From Thermoleophilaceae bacterium (GTDB lineage: Bacteria > Actinomycetota > Thermoleophilia > Solirubrobacterales > Thermoleophilaceae), in NCBI GenBank assembly GCA_044867325.1, contig JBIOUS010000012.1, forward strand, positions 11,771 to 75,770: a DNA stretch of 64,000 nucleotides, in the 5' to 3' direction. A model generated the notes under the pieces. The model did no database searches and was not told the DNA's origin. It saw only the letters and a list, made by a program, of their open reading frames with translations. Of this stretch, positions 1-9,497 are shown piece after piece. The position numbers were made by a program, and so were the translations under genes. The first letter of the stretch is position 1. The number at the start of each line of letters is the position of its first letter.

Positions 1-642
1 CACGTGTTGGATCTGGCTCCCTTGGACGGGTCGGATCCCGTGGAGAACCATGTTGCTGTCGAGAACGAGCTGCGTGAGCATGGGCATGGACTGGCCGAGC
101 TGCCGCGGATTCTGTGCCTCTCGAAGGCGGATCTGGTGGCGCCGGAGGAGGTCGAGGCAGCGATCGCGGAGTGGCGTGAGCGACTTGGCTTGGGTTCCGA
201 GCCGGCTATCGACGCGACGGCTGAGGAGCTAGCCGTGGGAGCGGTGCAGCCGACGGGCGAGCGAGTGCTCGATGTCGTAGCGACGTCTTCGGCGGTCGGG
301 ACGGGGCTCGAGGAGCTACGCGCCGCGATCGTGCGGGCGGTTCCGGCGGACGAGGCGCCAGTCGTAGCGCCGGCCGAGGTGGTGGCGGAGCATCGCGTCT
401 ATCGCCCGGGCGCCAACGACGCCTTCTACGTCGAGCGCACCGACTCGGGCGGCTACCGGGTCACCGGGATGCGTGTGGAGCGGCTGCTGGCGCGCCATGA
501 CCTCGAGAACGAGGAGGCCCAGCGCTACGTCGAGGACCGGCTGCGCCGCATGGGCGTGATCGCGATGCTGGAGTCCGCCGGCTTCGAGCCCGGCGACGAC
601 GTCGAGATCGCGGGCACGGTTTTCGAGCTGGACCCTGGATAG
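1..642 (+). CDS. obg: GTPase Obg/CgtA, C-terminal part (5' end lies outside the window)
   Basis: The frame is open from base 1. It has the 'LSKADL' G4 motif and a C-terminal OCT-like domain ('YRVTGMRVERLL...RLRRMGV...GFEPGDDVEIAGTVFELDP'). The conserved neighbourhood obg-proB-proA-nadD-rsfS supports the call. Confidence 0.9.
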   Translation, partial: HVLDLAPLDGSDPVENHVAVENELREHGHGLAELPRILCLSKADLVAPEEVEAAIAEWRERLGLGSEPAIDATAEELAVGAVQPTGERVLDVVATSSAVGTGLEELRAAIVRAVPADEAPVVAPAEVVAEHRVYRPGANDAFYVERTDSGGYRVTGMRVERLLARHDLENEEAQRYVEDRLRRMGVIAMLESAGFEPGDDVEIAGTVFELDPG

Positions 643-651
643 CCTGCGCGA

Positions 652-1752
652 ATGGCTTCGCTAGTGGTGAAGATGGGGTCGAGCATCGTGGCCGACCCGA
701 CGGGGGAAGTTCGGGCCGACGTGCTCGCGCAGATCTGCGATGCCGTGGCTGCCCGGCACGCCGCGGGCGACGAGGTCGTGCTGGTCACCTCAGGGGCGAT
801 CGCGCGCGGGATGCGGCTGATGGACCTGCCGGCGCGGCCGGCGGCGATGGAGGAGCTGCAGGCGGCCTCGGCGGTCGGACAGGGGAAGCTCTACCGGACC
901 TATGACGAGCTGCTGGCGGCGCGCGACGTACCGAGTGCGCAGGTGCTTCTGACCTTCTTCGACATGTCGGCGCGGACGCACTACCTCAACGCGCGCCACA
1001 CGCTGCGCAAGCTGCTCGACTGGGGTGTCGTGCCGGTGATCAACGAGAACGACACGACGACGACCGACGAGATCTCGTTTGGGGACAACGACTTCCTCGC
1101 CGCTCAGGTGGCGATCCTGCTCGGCTCCGACCGGCTGGTGCTGCTGACCAGCACCGACGGTCTCTACAGCGCCGATCCGACGCTCGACCCGAGTGCCCGC
1201 CCGGTCGCCGAGATATCGAGCATCGAGCAGCTCGAGGAGCTCGACATCGGCTTCTCGTCGTCGCCGCTCGGCTCGGGCGGGATGCGTTCGAAGGTCGTCG
1301 CCGCCGAGATGGCGACCGCGGCTGGCATTCCCGTGACGATCACGACCGGGCTCGATCCCGAGACCGTCGGCCAGGCGCTCGAGGGCGCCACCGTCGGGAC
1401 GCTCTTCCACCCACAGGACGGGCGCGTGTCGAGCTTCAAGCTGTGGCTGAAGTACGCCAAGCCGACCCACGGCTCCCTGACCGTCGACGACGGCGCCGAG
1501 CGGGCGCTGCGCGAGCGCGGGACGAGCCTGCTGCCGGACGGGATCGTCGACGTGCGCGGCGATTTCGAGGCCGGCGACGCGGTCGAGATCCGGCCCGCCG
1601 CCGGTGGCGGACGACCGATCGGCAAGGGGATCGTCAACTACTCGGCGGCCGAGCTGCGGCGGATCAAGGGGATGAAGTCCGAGGCGGTGCTGGAAGCGAT
1701 TCCGCGCGCCGCCGAGGAGGCCGTCCACCGCGACTACTTCGTGTTGGATTGA
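652..1752 (+). CDS. proB: glutamate 5-kinase with C-terminal PUA domain
   Basis: Translation carries 'VVKMGSS', 'VLVTSGAIA', 'VPVINENDTTTTDEISFGDNDFLAAQVA' and a PUA-like tail 'LTVDDGAERALRERGTSLLPDGIVDVRGDF..GDAVEI'. Confidence 0.95.
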   Translation: MASLVVKMGSSIVADPTGEVRADVLAQICDAVAARHAAGDEVVLVTSGAIARGMRLMDLPARPAAMEELQAASAVGQGKLYRTYDELLAARDVPSAQVLLTFFDMSARTHYLNARHTLRKLLDWGVVPVINENDTTTTDEISFGDNDFLAAQVAILLGSDRLVLLTSTDGLYSADPTLDPSARPVAEISSIEQLEELDIGFSSSPLGSGGMRSKVVAAEMATAAGIPVTITTGLDPETVGQALEGATVGTLFHPQDGRVSSFKLWLKYAKPTHGSLTVDDGAERALRERGTSLLPDGIVDVRGDFEAGDAVEIRPAAGGGRPIGKGIVNYSAAELRRIKGMKSEAVLEAIPRAAEEAVHRDYFVLD

Positions 1753-1856
1753 GAACCGGGGGCTCGCGCCCCGGACCCCCATGGCGCCTGGCCGGTCGGT
1801 GGGGGCTCCTTCTCCTTCGGCTCGAGTGGTCGCACCTGGGTCGTTACTCTGCCTGT

Positions 1857-3128
1857 ATGGCAACGACCGCCCAGTCGGTAGCTGACGTTTGCATGGCCGC
1901 GCGCGAGGCTTCGCGTGCGCTCGCGACCGCCAGCGACCAGACCAAGGACGCCGCGCTGGAGGCGATGGCGAGCGCGCTCGAACAGCGGCTCGGCGAGGTG
2001 CTCGAGGCCAATGAGCGCGACATGGCGGCCGGTGTCGAGGCGGGCCTCTCAGCTGCGCTGCTCGACCGGCTGAAGCTCGACGAGACGCGCGTGCGGGGGA
2101 TCGCCGCCGACGTGCGCAAGATCGCGGCGCTGCCCGATCCGGTCGGCGAGGTGCTCGAGGGCTGGCGTCTGGAGAACGGCTTGGAGATGCGCAAGCTGCG
2201 CGTCCCGCTCGGTGTCGTGGCCGTCGTCTACGAGGCGCGGCCGAACGTGACGATCGACTGCTCCGCGCTCTGCTTGAAGTCGGGTAACGCGATCGTGCTG
2301 CGTGGATCGTCGGCCGCGACCCACTCGAACGCGGTGCTGGCCGAGGTGGCCGGCGCGGCGGTCGAATCGGCGGGGCTACCGCGCGCCGCGGTGTCGCTGG
2401 TTGCTGGAGGCGGGCGTGAGGAGCTCGCCGAGCTGGCGACCCAGGCCGGCGTCGTCGACCTGATCATCCCGCGCGGTGGCGAGGGCCTGAAGGCCGCGCT
2501 GCAAGAGGTCGCGACGGTTCCCGTCATCTACGCGGCGGCCGGCAACTGCCACGTCTACGTCGACGCCAGCGCCCATCTCGACGACGCGCTGAAGATCGTG
2601 CTGAACGCCAAGGTCCAGCGGCCCGGTGTCTGCAACTCGGCCGAGACGTTGCTCGTCCACGCCGATGCGGCGCCTGAGTTCCTGCCGCGTGTGCTCGGCG
2701 AGTTGCGTGAGGCCGGTGTCGAGCTCCGCACCGATGCACGTACGCGTTCGCTCGCCGGCGATCTCGCCGACTCGCTCGGCGTCGCTGACGAGGACGACTG
2801 GGCGACCGAGTACCTGGCGCTGATCCTGGCGGTCAAGGTCGTCGACTCGCTCGACGAGGCGATCGACCACGTCAACCGCTACAGCTCCGGCCACTCCGAG
2901 GCGATCGTCACCGATTCGACCGAGTCCGCCGAGCGCTTCACCCACGCCGTCGACGCCGCCTGCGTCTACGTCAACGCTTCGACACGCTTCACCGACGGCG
3001 GAGTGTTCGGCATGGGCGCCGAGATCGGCAACTCGACGCAGAAGCTGCACGTGCGCGGTCCGATCGGCGTCCGCGAGCTGACGACCTACAAGTACGTGGC
3101 CGAGGGCACCGGCCAGATCCGCGAGTGA
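1857..3128 (+). CDS. proA: gamma-glutamyl phosphate reductase
   Basis: ATG at 1857 begins 'MATTAQSVADVCMAAREASRALA'. Motifs 'LRVPLGVVAVVYEARPNVT', 'GNAIVLRGSS', 'CNSAETLLVH' and 'HSEAIVT' are present. The upstream part of ORF 1443.. is Arg-rich overlap with proB, not coding. Confidence 0.95.
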   Translation: MATTAQSVADVCMAAREASRALATASDQTKDAALEAMASALEQRLGEVLEANERDMAAGVEAGLSAALLDRLKLDETRVRGIAADVRKIAALPDPVGEVLEGWRLENGLEMRKLRVPLGVVAVVYEARPNVTIDCSALCLKSGNAIVLRGSSAATHSNAVLAEVAGAAVESAGLPRAAVSLVAGGGREELAELATQAGVVDLIIPRGGEGLKAALQEVATVPVIYAAAGNCHVYVDASAHLDDALKIVLNAKVQRPGVCNSAETLLVHADAAPEFLPRVLGELREAGVELRTDARTRSLAGDLADSLGVADEDDWATEYLALILAVKVVDSLDEAIDHVNRYSSGHSEAIVTDSTESAERFTHAVDAACVYVNASTRFTDGGVFGMGAEIGNSTQKLHVRGPIGVRELTTYKYVAEGTGQIRE

Positions 3129-3772
3129 GCGTCGTCGGCAGCGGACAGCGCGATCGTGTCGGGATCCTCGGCGGCGCGTTCAACCCGCCACATCTCGGTC
3201 ACCTCTGGCTTGCGCAGGAGGCTCACACCCGGCTCGGCCTCGACCGCGTCCTGCTGGTGCCGTTCGGAGAGCCACCGCACCGTGTGCTCGACGCCGACCC
3301 CGGCCCGCGGGAGCGGCTACGGCTCGCGCAGATCGCCGCGAGCGACGACGACCGCCTCGTCGTGTCGCCGATCGAGACCAACCGCTCCGGTCCGTCCTAC
3401 ATGGCCGACACACTGACCCTCTTGAGAGAGATCGAGCCTGCCGCCGAACTGATGCTGATCTTGGGCGCCGACCAGGCGATGAAGCTGCGCAGCTGGCATG
3501 AGCCGGAGCAGGTCTTGGAGCTGGCGCGGCTCGCGGTCGCCGACCGCGGCGGTGTGGGGCGCGACGATGTCGCCGCCGAGCTCGACGGGCTAGCGGGCGC
3601 CGACGCGATCGAGGGCTTCGAGATGCCGCGGATCGAGGTCAGCTCGACGCTTGTCCGCGCGCGCGTCGCCGCCGGCCTTCCGATCCGCTACCTCGTGCCG
3701 GATGCCGTCGCCGAGCACATCGCGACGACCGGCCTCTATCGCGCAGCCTCCGGCGTGGAGGCCGCCCGATGA
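3125..3772 (+). CDS. nadD: nicotinate-nucleotide adenylyltransferase
   Basis: 'GILGGAFNPPHLGHL' matches the (H/T)xGH motif and 'IEVSSTLVRARV' is ISST-like. The start overlaps the proA stop by 4 nt. Confidence 0.9.
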   Translation: MSVVGSGQRDRVGILGGAFNPPHLGHLWLAQEAHTRLGLDRVLLVPFGEPPHRVLDADPGPRERLRLAQIAASDDDRLVVSPIETNRSGPSYMADTLTLLREIEPAAELMLILGADQAMKLRSWHEPEQVLELARLAVADRGGVGRDDVAAELDGLAGADAIEGFEMPRIEVSSTLVRARVAAGLPIRYLVPDAVAEHIATTGLYRAASGVEAAR

Positions 3773-4152
3773 ACGCCGAGCAGTCCGCGACCGCCGACGG
3801 CGCCGCCCTCGACTCGGAGCAGCTCGCCAACCGGATCGCCGAGATCGCGTCCGACCGCAAGGCGATCGACATCCGCGTCGTCGACGTCCGTGGCCTCGTC
3901 AGCTACACCGACTACCTCGTCATCTGCTCCGGCAACACCGAGCGCCAGACGACCGCGATCCGCGATGCGATCCACAAGGAGCTCAAGGACGACAACGGCC
4001 TGATGCCGCGCCGCTCCGAGGGAGCGGGTGAGGCGCGCTGGATCCTGCTCGACTATCTCGACTGCGTCACCCACATCTTCACGCCCGACGCGCGCGACTT
4101 CTACCGCCTCGACAAGCTCTGGGGCGACGCCCCGCAGCGCAGCGTCGACTGA
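3769..4152 (+). CDS. rsfS: ribosome silencing factor RsfS (iojap-like)
   Basis: 'KAIDIRVVDVRGLVSYTDYLVICSGNTERQ..AI', 'WILLDYLDCVTHIFTPDARDFYRLDKLW'. The ATGA start overlaps nadD. Confidence 0.9.
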   Translation: MNAEQSATADGAALDSEQLANRIAEIASDRKAIDIRVVDVRGLVSYTDYLVICSGNTERQTTAIRDAIHKELKDDNGLMPRRSEGAGEARWILLDYLDCVTHIFTPDARDFYRLDKLWGDAPQRSVD

Positions 4153-4191
4153 CCGTCGCGTCCGCGCCTCGCTAGACTCAGCGCTCTTCGA

Positions 4192-4264
4192 GGGGCTATA
4201 GCTCAGCTGGAAGAGCGCCGCCATGGCATGGCGGAGGTCGTCGGTTCGAGCCCGACTAGCTCCA
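4192..4264 (+). tRNA. tRNA-Ala (anticodon GGC)
   Basis: Canonical 7/5 cloverleaf: acceptor GGGGCTA/TAGCTCC with the G3:U70 Ala identity pair, and D arm GCTC/GAGC with AGCTGGAA loop. The anticodon stem is CCGCC/GGCGG with loop ATGGCAT, giving anticodon GGC. The T arm is GTCGG-TTCGAGC-CCGAC, the discriminator is A, and CCA is not encoded. Confidence 0.92.
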
Positions 4265-4282
4265 CTCTGAAAGGCTGCGGCC

Positions 4283-4828
4283 GTGATCAGGCACGCAGAT
4301 CCCGAGATCGACAGCGGCGCATGCGCGACGATCTATGCGCCGTATGTCGCGGGCGCCGCGACTTCGTTCGAGGAGCTGGCGCCTGACGCCGACGACTTCG
4401 CGGAGCGGATCGAGCGGGTGTCGAAGACACATCCGTGGCTGGTCACCGAGCGCGACGGCGTGGTGGCGGGGTTTGCATATGCGGCGCCGCACCGGGCGCG
4501 GCCGGCATATCGCTGGACGGCTGAGACGAGCGTCTACGTGGCGAACGGGCATCAGCGCGCGAGCGTCGGACGCGAGCTATACGGCGCTCTGATCGACCTG
4601 CTGCGTCGCCAGGGCTTGCACGTCGCCCTGGCGGGGATCACGTTGCCGAACGACGCCAGCGTCGGCCTGCATACTGCGCTCGGCTTCGAGCGGGTCGGGA
4701 CCTACCGCCAGATTGGCTACAAAGCCGGCGCGTGGCGCGACGTGAGCTGGTGGCAACTCGTCCTACATCCTGATGGCGACGGACCACCAGCGGAGCCACT
4801 TGGCCCGCAGCGTCTCGACGCGGCATAG
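4283..4828 (+). CDS. GNAT N-acetyltransferase, phosphinothricin/methionine-sulfoximine acetyltransferase-like
   Basis: GTG start. 'IYAPYV...TSFE...PD...F..RI', 'GFAYA.P.R.RPAYRWTAE.SVYV', 'RGLG.L' equivalent 'SVGRELYGALIDLLRRQG', 'ALGF..VG' resemble the PAT/MddA family pattern. Confidence 0.8.
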   Translation: MIRHADPEIDSGACATIYAPYVAGAATSFEELAPDADDFAERIERVSKTHPWLVTERDGVVAGFAYAAPHRARPAYRWTAETSVYVANGHQRASVGRELYGALIDLLRRQGLHVALAGITLPNDASVGLHTALGFERVGTYRQIGYKAGAWRDVSWWQLVLHPDGDGPPAEPLGPQRLDAA

Positions 4829-4838
4829 ACTCGGGCAG

Positions 4839-5258
4839 ATGGTTGCGTCTCCGCTGCAACCGCTTGCCAAGGCGGCGCTGATCGCCCTGATGGCGCTCGG
4901 CAGCATCCTGCTCTGGATCGGCTCGCCGCTCGGTTGGCTCTGGATCGCCTCGCAGATGCAGAAGGACACCCAGGCTGCCGGCTTTGGGCCGTACATGGTG
5001 GTGCTATTCGGGATCGCGATCACCGCGGTGGTGCTCGCCAAGCTCCTCCAGCGGCTGAACCGGCTCTACGGGGTGGTCGCCGGTGTTGACGAGCCGGTGC
5101 GGGTGGTGCTGCCTTGGCATCGCGGGCTGCGTGGCGAGAACGAGGGCCGGCCGCCGCGCACGGTGCTCGACGTCGTGATGGTGATCAGCGTTGCGATCGG
5201 TGTGATCGCGCTGACGATCTGGTTCTTCTTCTTCGCCGGCTCTTCGCTGCCGGTCTAG
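4839..5258 (+). CDS. hypothetical integral membrane protein (about 3 TM helices)
   Basis: An ATG at 4839 lies inside ORF 4773..5258. The product has hydrophobic helices 'AALIALMALGSILLWIGSPLGWLWIA', 'YMVVLFGIAITAVVLA' and 'VVMVISVAIGVIALTIWFFFFA'. I recognise no family. Confidence 0.55.
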   Translation: MVASPLQPLAKAALIALMALGSILLWIGSPLGWLWIASQMQKDTQAAGFGPYMVVLFGIAITAVVLAKLLQRLNRLYGVVAGVDEPVRVVLPWHRGLRGENEGRPPRTVLDVVMVISVAIGVIALTIWFFFFAGSSLPV

Positions 5259-5270
5259 CCGGGGCGGCGC

Positions 5271-6017
5271 TCAGGCGCTGATGTCGCGGCGGCGCAGCAG
5301 AATCGCGCCGGCGATGGCGAACAACGCGGCATAGCCGAGCAGCAGCAGTCCACCTGCTACCTGGCCGATCTCCGCACCGCCGTCGAACTGGGTGTCGCTG
5401 ACGGCGGCGATCGCACCGCCGATGCCGTAGTCCTCGATCCAGCCGCCGACCTTCGGGATCGCCGTCAGCAGCGGCTCGATCATGAAATACCAGGCGAGTC
5501 CCCCGATCACCGCGCCGACCTGGTTGCGGATCACCGCCCCGACTCCGACGCCGATCGCCGCGAGCAGCGCGATGCAGACCACTCCGCCGACGACCTGCTC
5601 GACTCCGTCGCCAAGTGGCAGCCCGGTTGGGATGTCACGCAGCGGCAGGATGATCCACATCAGGATCGCCGCTAGCGCGTAGGCGACGACGCCGAGCACC
5701 AAGCCGGCGGTGACGTGCGCCGACAGCTTCGCGATCATCAGACGCATCCGGTCCGGCGTCGCGAGCAAGGTCGGCGTGATCGTGCCGTGGCGGAACTCCG
5801 TGCTCACGGCGAGGAGGCCAAGCACGAGAGCGAACGGTTGGGCGAGCCCGGCGACGTCGAGCAGGTCGACGCCCGGCGTGGAGCCGGCGTCGAAGGAGTC
5901 GGCCGCGGCCTGTGCACCGGCGATCAGCGCGACGAGGGCGAGCGTCGCGATCACGACGCCGAGGAAGGTCCTCGTAGTGCGCAGCTTCAACAGCTCGCTG
6001 CGGATCGCATCGCTCAT
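5271..6017 (-). CDS. ABC-2 type transporter permease
   Basis: The 248-aa product has 6 predicted TM helices. Its ATGA start overlaps the stop of the upstream ATPase gene. 'IRSELLKLRTTRT' is a typical ABC-2 N-terminus. Confidence 0.8.
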   Translation of the reverse strand: MSDAIRSELLKLRTTRTFLGVVIATLALVALIAGAQAAADSFDAGSTPGVDLLDVAGLAQPFALVLGLLAVSTEFRHGTITPTLLATPDRMRLMIAKLSAHVTAGLVLGVVAYALAAILMWIILPLRDIPTGLPLGDGVEQVVGGVVCIALLAAIGVGVGAVIRNQVGAVIGGLAWYFMIEPLLTAIPKVGGWIEDYGIGGAIAAVSDTQFDGGAEIGQVAGGLLLLGYAALFAIAGAILLRRRDISA

Positions 6018-6934
6018 GCCGCCTGCTCCTCGTCGGCGGTCTCTGGCTGCTCGTCGGATGTCAGCTCGAAGAAGACCTCCTCGAGCGTTTGCCCGGCTGA
6101 GGCGAGCTCGGAGATGTGGATGCCGTTGGCGGCGATCAGCGCGCCGACCTGCTCGCCGCTGCGGTCTGCGACGACGATCGCGCCGTCGTGACCGTCGCTG
6201 ACCTCGGCGCCGTTGGCGCGCAGTAGCTCGGCAAGCCGACTGACGTCGGGCCCGGCAACGCGCACGCCGCCGCCGCGCCCGGCGAGCAGCTCGCCGATCG
6301 GCGCCTGCTCGATCGAGCGACCGCGGTGGATCACGACCACCTCGTCGACGGTCTGGGCGACCTCGGAGAGCACGTGGCTGGAGACCAAGATCGCGCGGCC
6401 CTCGGCAGCCAGCGAGCGCAGGAAGTCGCGCAGCCAGCGGATGCCCTGTGGATCGAGTCCGTTGGCCGGCTCGTCGAGCACCAGCACGCGCGGGTCACCG
6501 AGCAGCGCTGCTGCCAGGCCGAGCCGTTGACGCATGCCGAGCGAGTAGCCGCCGGCGCGCCGGTTGGCGGCGTCGCTGAGGCTGACGAGCTCGAGCAGCT
6601 CATCGACACGCGTGGTGGCGACGCCTGCCGCAAGCGCGATCGCGCGCAGGTGGTTGCGGCCGCTGCGACCAGGATGGAACATGCCCCCGTCGAGCACGGC
6701 ACCGACGGTCGCCGTCGGGTCGTCGAGATCGGAGTAGGGGCGGCCCTGGATCGTCGCGGTACCAGCGGTCGGCTGGATCAGGCCGAGCAACGCGCGCAGC
6801 GTCGTCGTCTTGCCAGCGCCGTTCGGGCCGAGGAAGCCGACGATCTTCCCCGCCTCGACCGAGAACGAGAGATCGTCGACGGCGAGCGTCTTGCCGAACC
6901 GCTTGCTGAGGCCGTTCACCTCGATCGCAGGCAT
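6014..6934 (-). CDS. ABC transporter ATP-binding protein (ABC-2/DrrA-like exporter)
   Basis: Walker A 'GPNGAGKTT', signature 'YSLGMRQRL', Walker B 'VLVLDEP' and H-loop 'ILVSSH' are all present. Confidence 0.92.
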   Translation of the reverse strand: MPAIEVNGLSKRFGKTLAVDDLSFSVEAGKIVGFLGPNGAGKTTTLRALLGLIQPTAGTATIQGRPYSDLDDPTATVGAVLDGGMFHPGRSGRNHLRAIALAAGVATTRVDELLELVSLSDAANRRAGGYSLGMRQRLGLAAALLGDPRVLVLDEPANGLDPQGIRWLRDFLRSLAAEGRAILVSSHVLSEVAQTVDEVVVIHRGRSIEQAPIGELLAGRGGGVRVAGPDVSRLAELLRANGAEVSDGHDGAIVVADRSGEQVGALIAANGIHISELASAGQTLEEVFFELTSDEQPETADEEQAA

Positions 6935-6987
6935 CGCCGCATCCTTGCAGGACCGTCAGTCGTCGCACAGATACGCTGCCGTGCGGC

Positions 6988-9429
6988 ATGGCCGCGGAAA
7001 TCTACGAACCACGCGACATCGAGCGCCGGTGGCAGCGCGTCTGGAACGACGAGCGCACCTGGGAGGTCTCCAACGAGGACGACGGGCGGCCGAAGTCCTA
7101 CGTGCTCGAGATGCTGCCCTACCCGTCCGGCGAGCCGCACATTGGCCACCTCAAGGTCTATTCGGTCGGCGACGCGATCGCCCACTTCAAGCGCCGCACC
7201 GGCCATCGCGTGCTGCATCCGCTCGGCTACGACGCCTTCGGCCTGCCGGCCGAGAACCACGCGATCAAGACCGGCCAGCACCCGCGTGAGTCGACTGAGG
7301 CGTCGATCGCCGAGTTCCGGCGCCAGTTCAACGATTGGGGCGTCTCGATCGACTGGTCGCGCGAGCTCGGCACGCACGAGCCGTCCTACTACCGCTGGAC
7401 ACAGTGGCTGTTCCTGCGGCTGTTCGAGAACGGCCTCGCCTACCGCAAGGACGCAGCGGTCAACTGGGACCCTGTCGAGGAGACGGTGCTCGCCAACGAG
7501 CAGGTGATCGACGGCCGCGGCGAGCGCTCCGGCGCGCTGGTCGAGAAGCGCCAGCTCGAGCAGTGGTTCTTCAAGATCACCGACTACGCCGACCGGCTGC
7601 TCGACGACCTCGACACGATCGACTGGCCGCAGAACGTCGTCACGATGCAGCGCAACTGGATCGGCCGCTCCGAGGGCGCCCAGGTCGTCTTCCACTGCGA
7701 CGCGCTCGACGCCGACTATCCCGTCTTCACGACGCGGCCCGACACGCTGTTCGGCGCGACCTTCTTCGTGATGGCGCCCGAGCATCCCGACGTGCTTAAG
7801 CTCAACAACTCGCCGGAGGTGGCGGAGTACGTCCGGCGCGCGCTGACCGAGTCGGCCGAGGAGCGTGGGGCGGAGGACCGCGAGAAGACCGGCGTCGCGC
7901 TCGGCACGACCGTGACCAACCCGGTCAACGGCGAGCAGATCCCGATGTACGTCGCGGACTACGTGCTGATGGAGTACGGCACTGGCGCGATCATGGCCGT
8001 CCCGGCCCACGACGAGCGCGACTTCGAGTTCGCGACCAAGCACGGGATCGAGATCCGCCGCGTGATCGAGAACCCGGACGGCGACGACGAGCTTCCCTAT
8101 TCGGGCGACGGGCCGATGGTCGCCAGCGGCCGCTTCGACGGGCTGCACAACCGCGAGGCCTTCACGCAGATCGTCGAGTGGCTCGGCTCGGAGGGCAAGG
8201 GCGAGCTGGCGGTCAACTACCGCCTGCGCGACTGGCTGTTGTCGCGCCAGCGCTACTGGGGCTGCCCGATCCCGATCGTCCACTGCGAGCAGTGCGGGAT
8301 GGTGCCGGTGCCCGACGACCAGCTGCCGGTCGTGCTGCCCGACATCGAGGACTACAAGCCGAAGGGTCGCTCGCCGCTCGCGGCGGCCGAGGACTGGGTC
8401 AACGTCGACTGCCCGAAGTGCGGCGCGCCGGCCAAGCGCGAGACCGACACGATGGACACCTTCGTCGACTCCTCCTGGTACTTCATGCGCTACTGCGACG
8501 CGCGCAACGACCAGGCGCCGTGGGACCGCGACGTGCTCGCCTCATGGATGCCGGTCGACCAGTACATCGGCGGCGTCGAGCACGCGATCCTGCACCTGAT
8601 GTACGCGCGCTTCTTCACGAAGGCGTTCGCGGACATCGGCCTGCTGGATGTCCAGGAGCCGTTCGCGCGGCTGTTCACACAGGGGATGGTCACCCGCGAC
8701 GGCGCGAAGATGTCGAAGTCGAAGGGCAACGTCGTCAGCCCGCGTGAGCTGGTCGACGAGTTCGGCGCCGACGCCGCGCGCAGCTACATCCTCTACGTCG
8801 GCCACCCCGCCGAGGGCGGCGACTGGAACGACAAGGGGATCGAGGGCATTCACCGCTTCCTGGCGCGTCTGTGGCGCGCGGCTGCCGACGCGGCTGCGAA
8901 CACGGAGGCCTCCGACGGGCCGACCGGCGAGCCGACCGCCGTCCTGCGCAAGGCGCACTGGGCGATCGACAAGGTGACGACCGACCTCGGCGAGCGGTTC
9001 GCGACGCACACGGCGATCGCCGCCGTGATCGAGCTGGTCAACGACATGACCAAGCAGCGCGACGAGCTGCTCGCGACGCCGGAGGGTGCCTCGCAGTACC
9101 GCTTCGCGGCGGCGACCGCCGGCTCGCTGATCTTCCCGTTCGCGCCGCATCTCGGCAGCGAGGTCTACGAGCTGCTGACCGGCCGCCGGGTCTGGGAGGA
9201 GCCGTGGCCCGAGGCCGACCCGGCGCTGCTCGAGACCGACACGGTCACGATCGTCATCCAGCTCAACGGCAAGGTCGTCGACCGCTTCGACGTGGCCGCT
9301 GGCATCGCCGACGGGGAGCTCGAGGGCCTGGCCCGCGGCTCGGAGAAGGTCGGCGAGCGGCTCGACGGCCGCGAGATCGTCAAGGCGATCGTCGTACCGG
9401 GCCGCCTGGTCAACCTGGTCGCCAAGTAG
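6988..9429 (+). CDS. leuS: leucyl-tRNA synthetase
   Basis: 'MLPYPSGEPHIGHL' is the HIGH motif and 'KMSKSKGN' is the KMSKS motif. A CP1 editing domain is present, and the 813-aa length fits. Confidence 0.97.
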   Translation: MAAEIYEPRDIERRWQRVWNDERTWEVSNEDDGRPKSYVLEMLPYPSGEPHIGHLKVYSVGDAIAHFKRRTGHRVLHPLGYDAFGLPAENHAIKTGQHPRESTEASIAEFRRQFNDWGVSIDWSRELGTHEPSYYRWTQWLFLRLFENGLAYRKDAAVNWDPVEETVLANEQVIDGRGERSGALVEKRQLEQWFFKITDYADRLLDDLDTIDWPQNVVTMQRNWIGRSEGAQVVFHCDALDADYPVFTTRPDTLFGATFFVMAPEHPDVLKLNNSPEVAEYVRRALTESAEERGAEDREKTGVALGTTVTNPVNGEQIPMYVADYVLMEYGTGAIMAVPAHDERDFEFATKHGIEIRRVIENPDGDDELPYSGDGPMVASGRFDGLHNREAFTQIVEWLGSEGKGELAVNYRLRDWLLSRQRYWGCPIPIVHCEQCGMVPVPDDQLPVVLPDIEDYKPKGRSPLAAAEDWVNVDCPKCGAPAKRETDTMDTFVDSSWYFMRYCDARNDQAPWDRDVLASWMPVDQYIGGVEHAILHLMYARFFTKAFADIGLLDVQEPFARLFTQGMVTRDGAKMSKSKGNVVSPRELVDEFGADAARSYILYVGHPAEGGDWNDKGIEGIHRFLARLWRAAADAAANTEASDGPTGEPTAVLRKAHWAIDKVTTDLGERFATHTAIAAVIELVNDMTKQRDELLATPEGASQYRFAAATAGSLIFPFAPHLGSEVYELLTGRRVWEEPWPEADPALLETDTVTIVIQLNGKVVDRFDVAAGIADGELEGLARGSEKVGERLDGREIVKAIVVPGRLVNLVAK

Positions 9430-9497
9430 CCAGCTCCCGTTAGGACAAGCGTCCAGGGCCGTCGAGGACAGTTGGCGGAAGGCGTGCATGTGCCGAT

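Noticed and set aside
1443-1856. N-terminal extension of the proA ORF (ORF track start at 1443).
   Set aside because: The extension overlaps the 3' end of proB in another frame and translates to an Arg-rich nonsense-like sequence. The ProA homology begins at the ATG at 1857.
4265-6934. A possible genomic islet integrated at tRNA-Ala (GNAT, membrane protein, ABC-2 exporter lying between the tRNA and leuS).
   Set aside because: No integrase or recombinase is present, I could not spot a direct repeat of the tRNA 3' end, and there is no obvious compositional shift. The genes look like ordinary chromosomal accessory functions.
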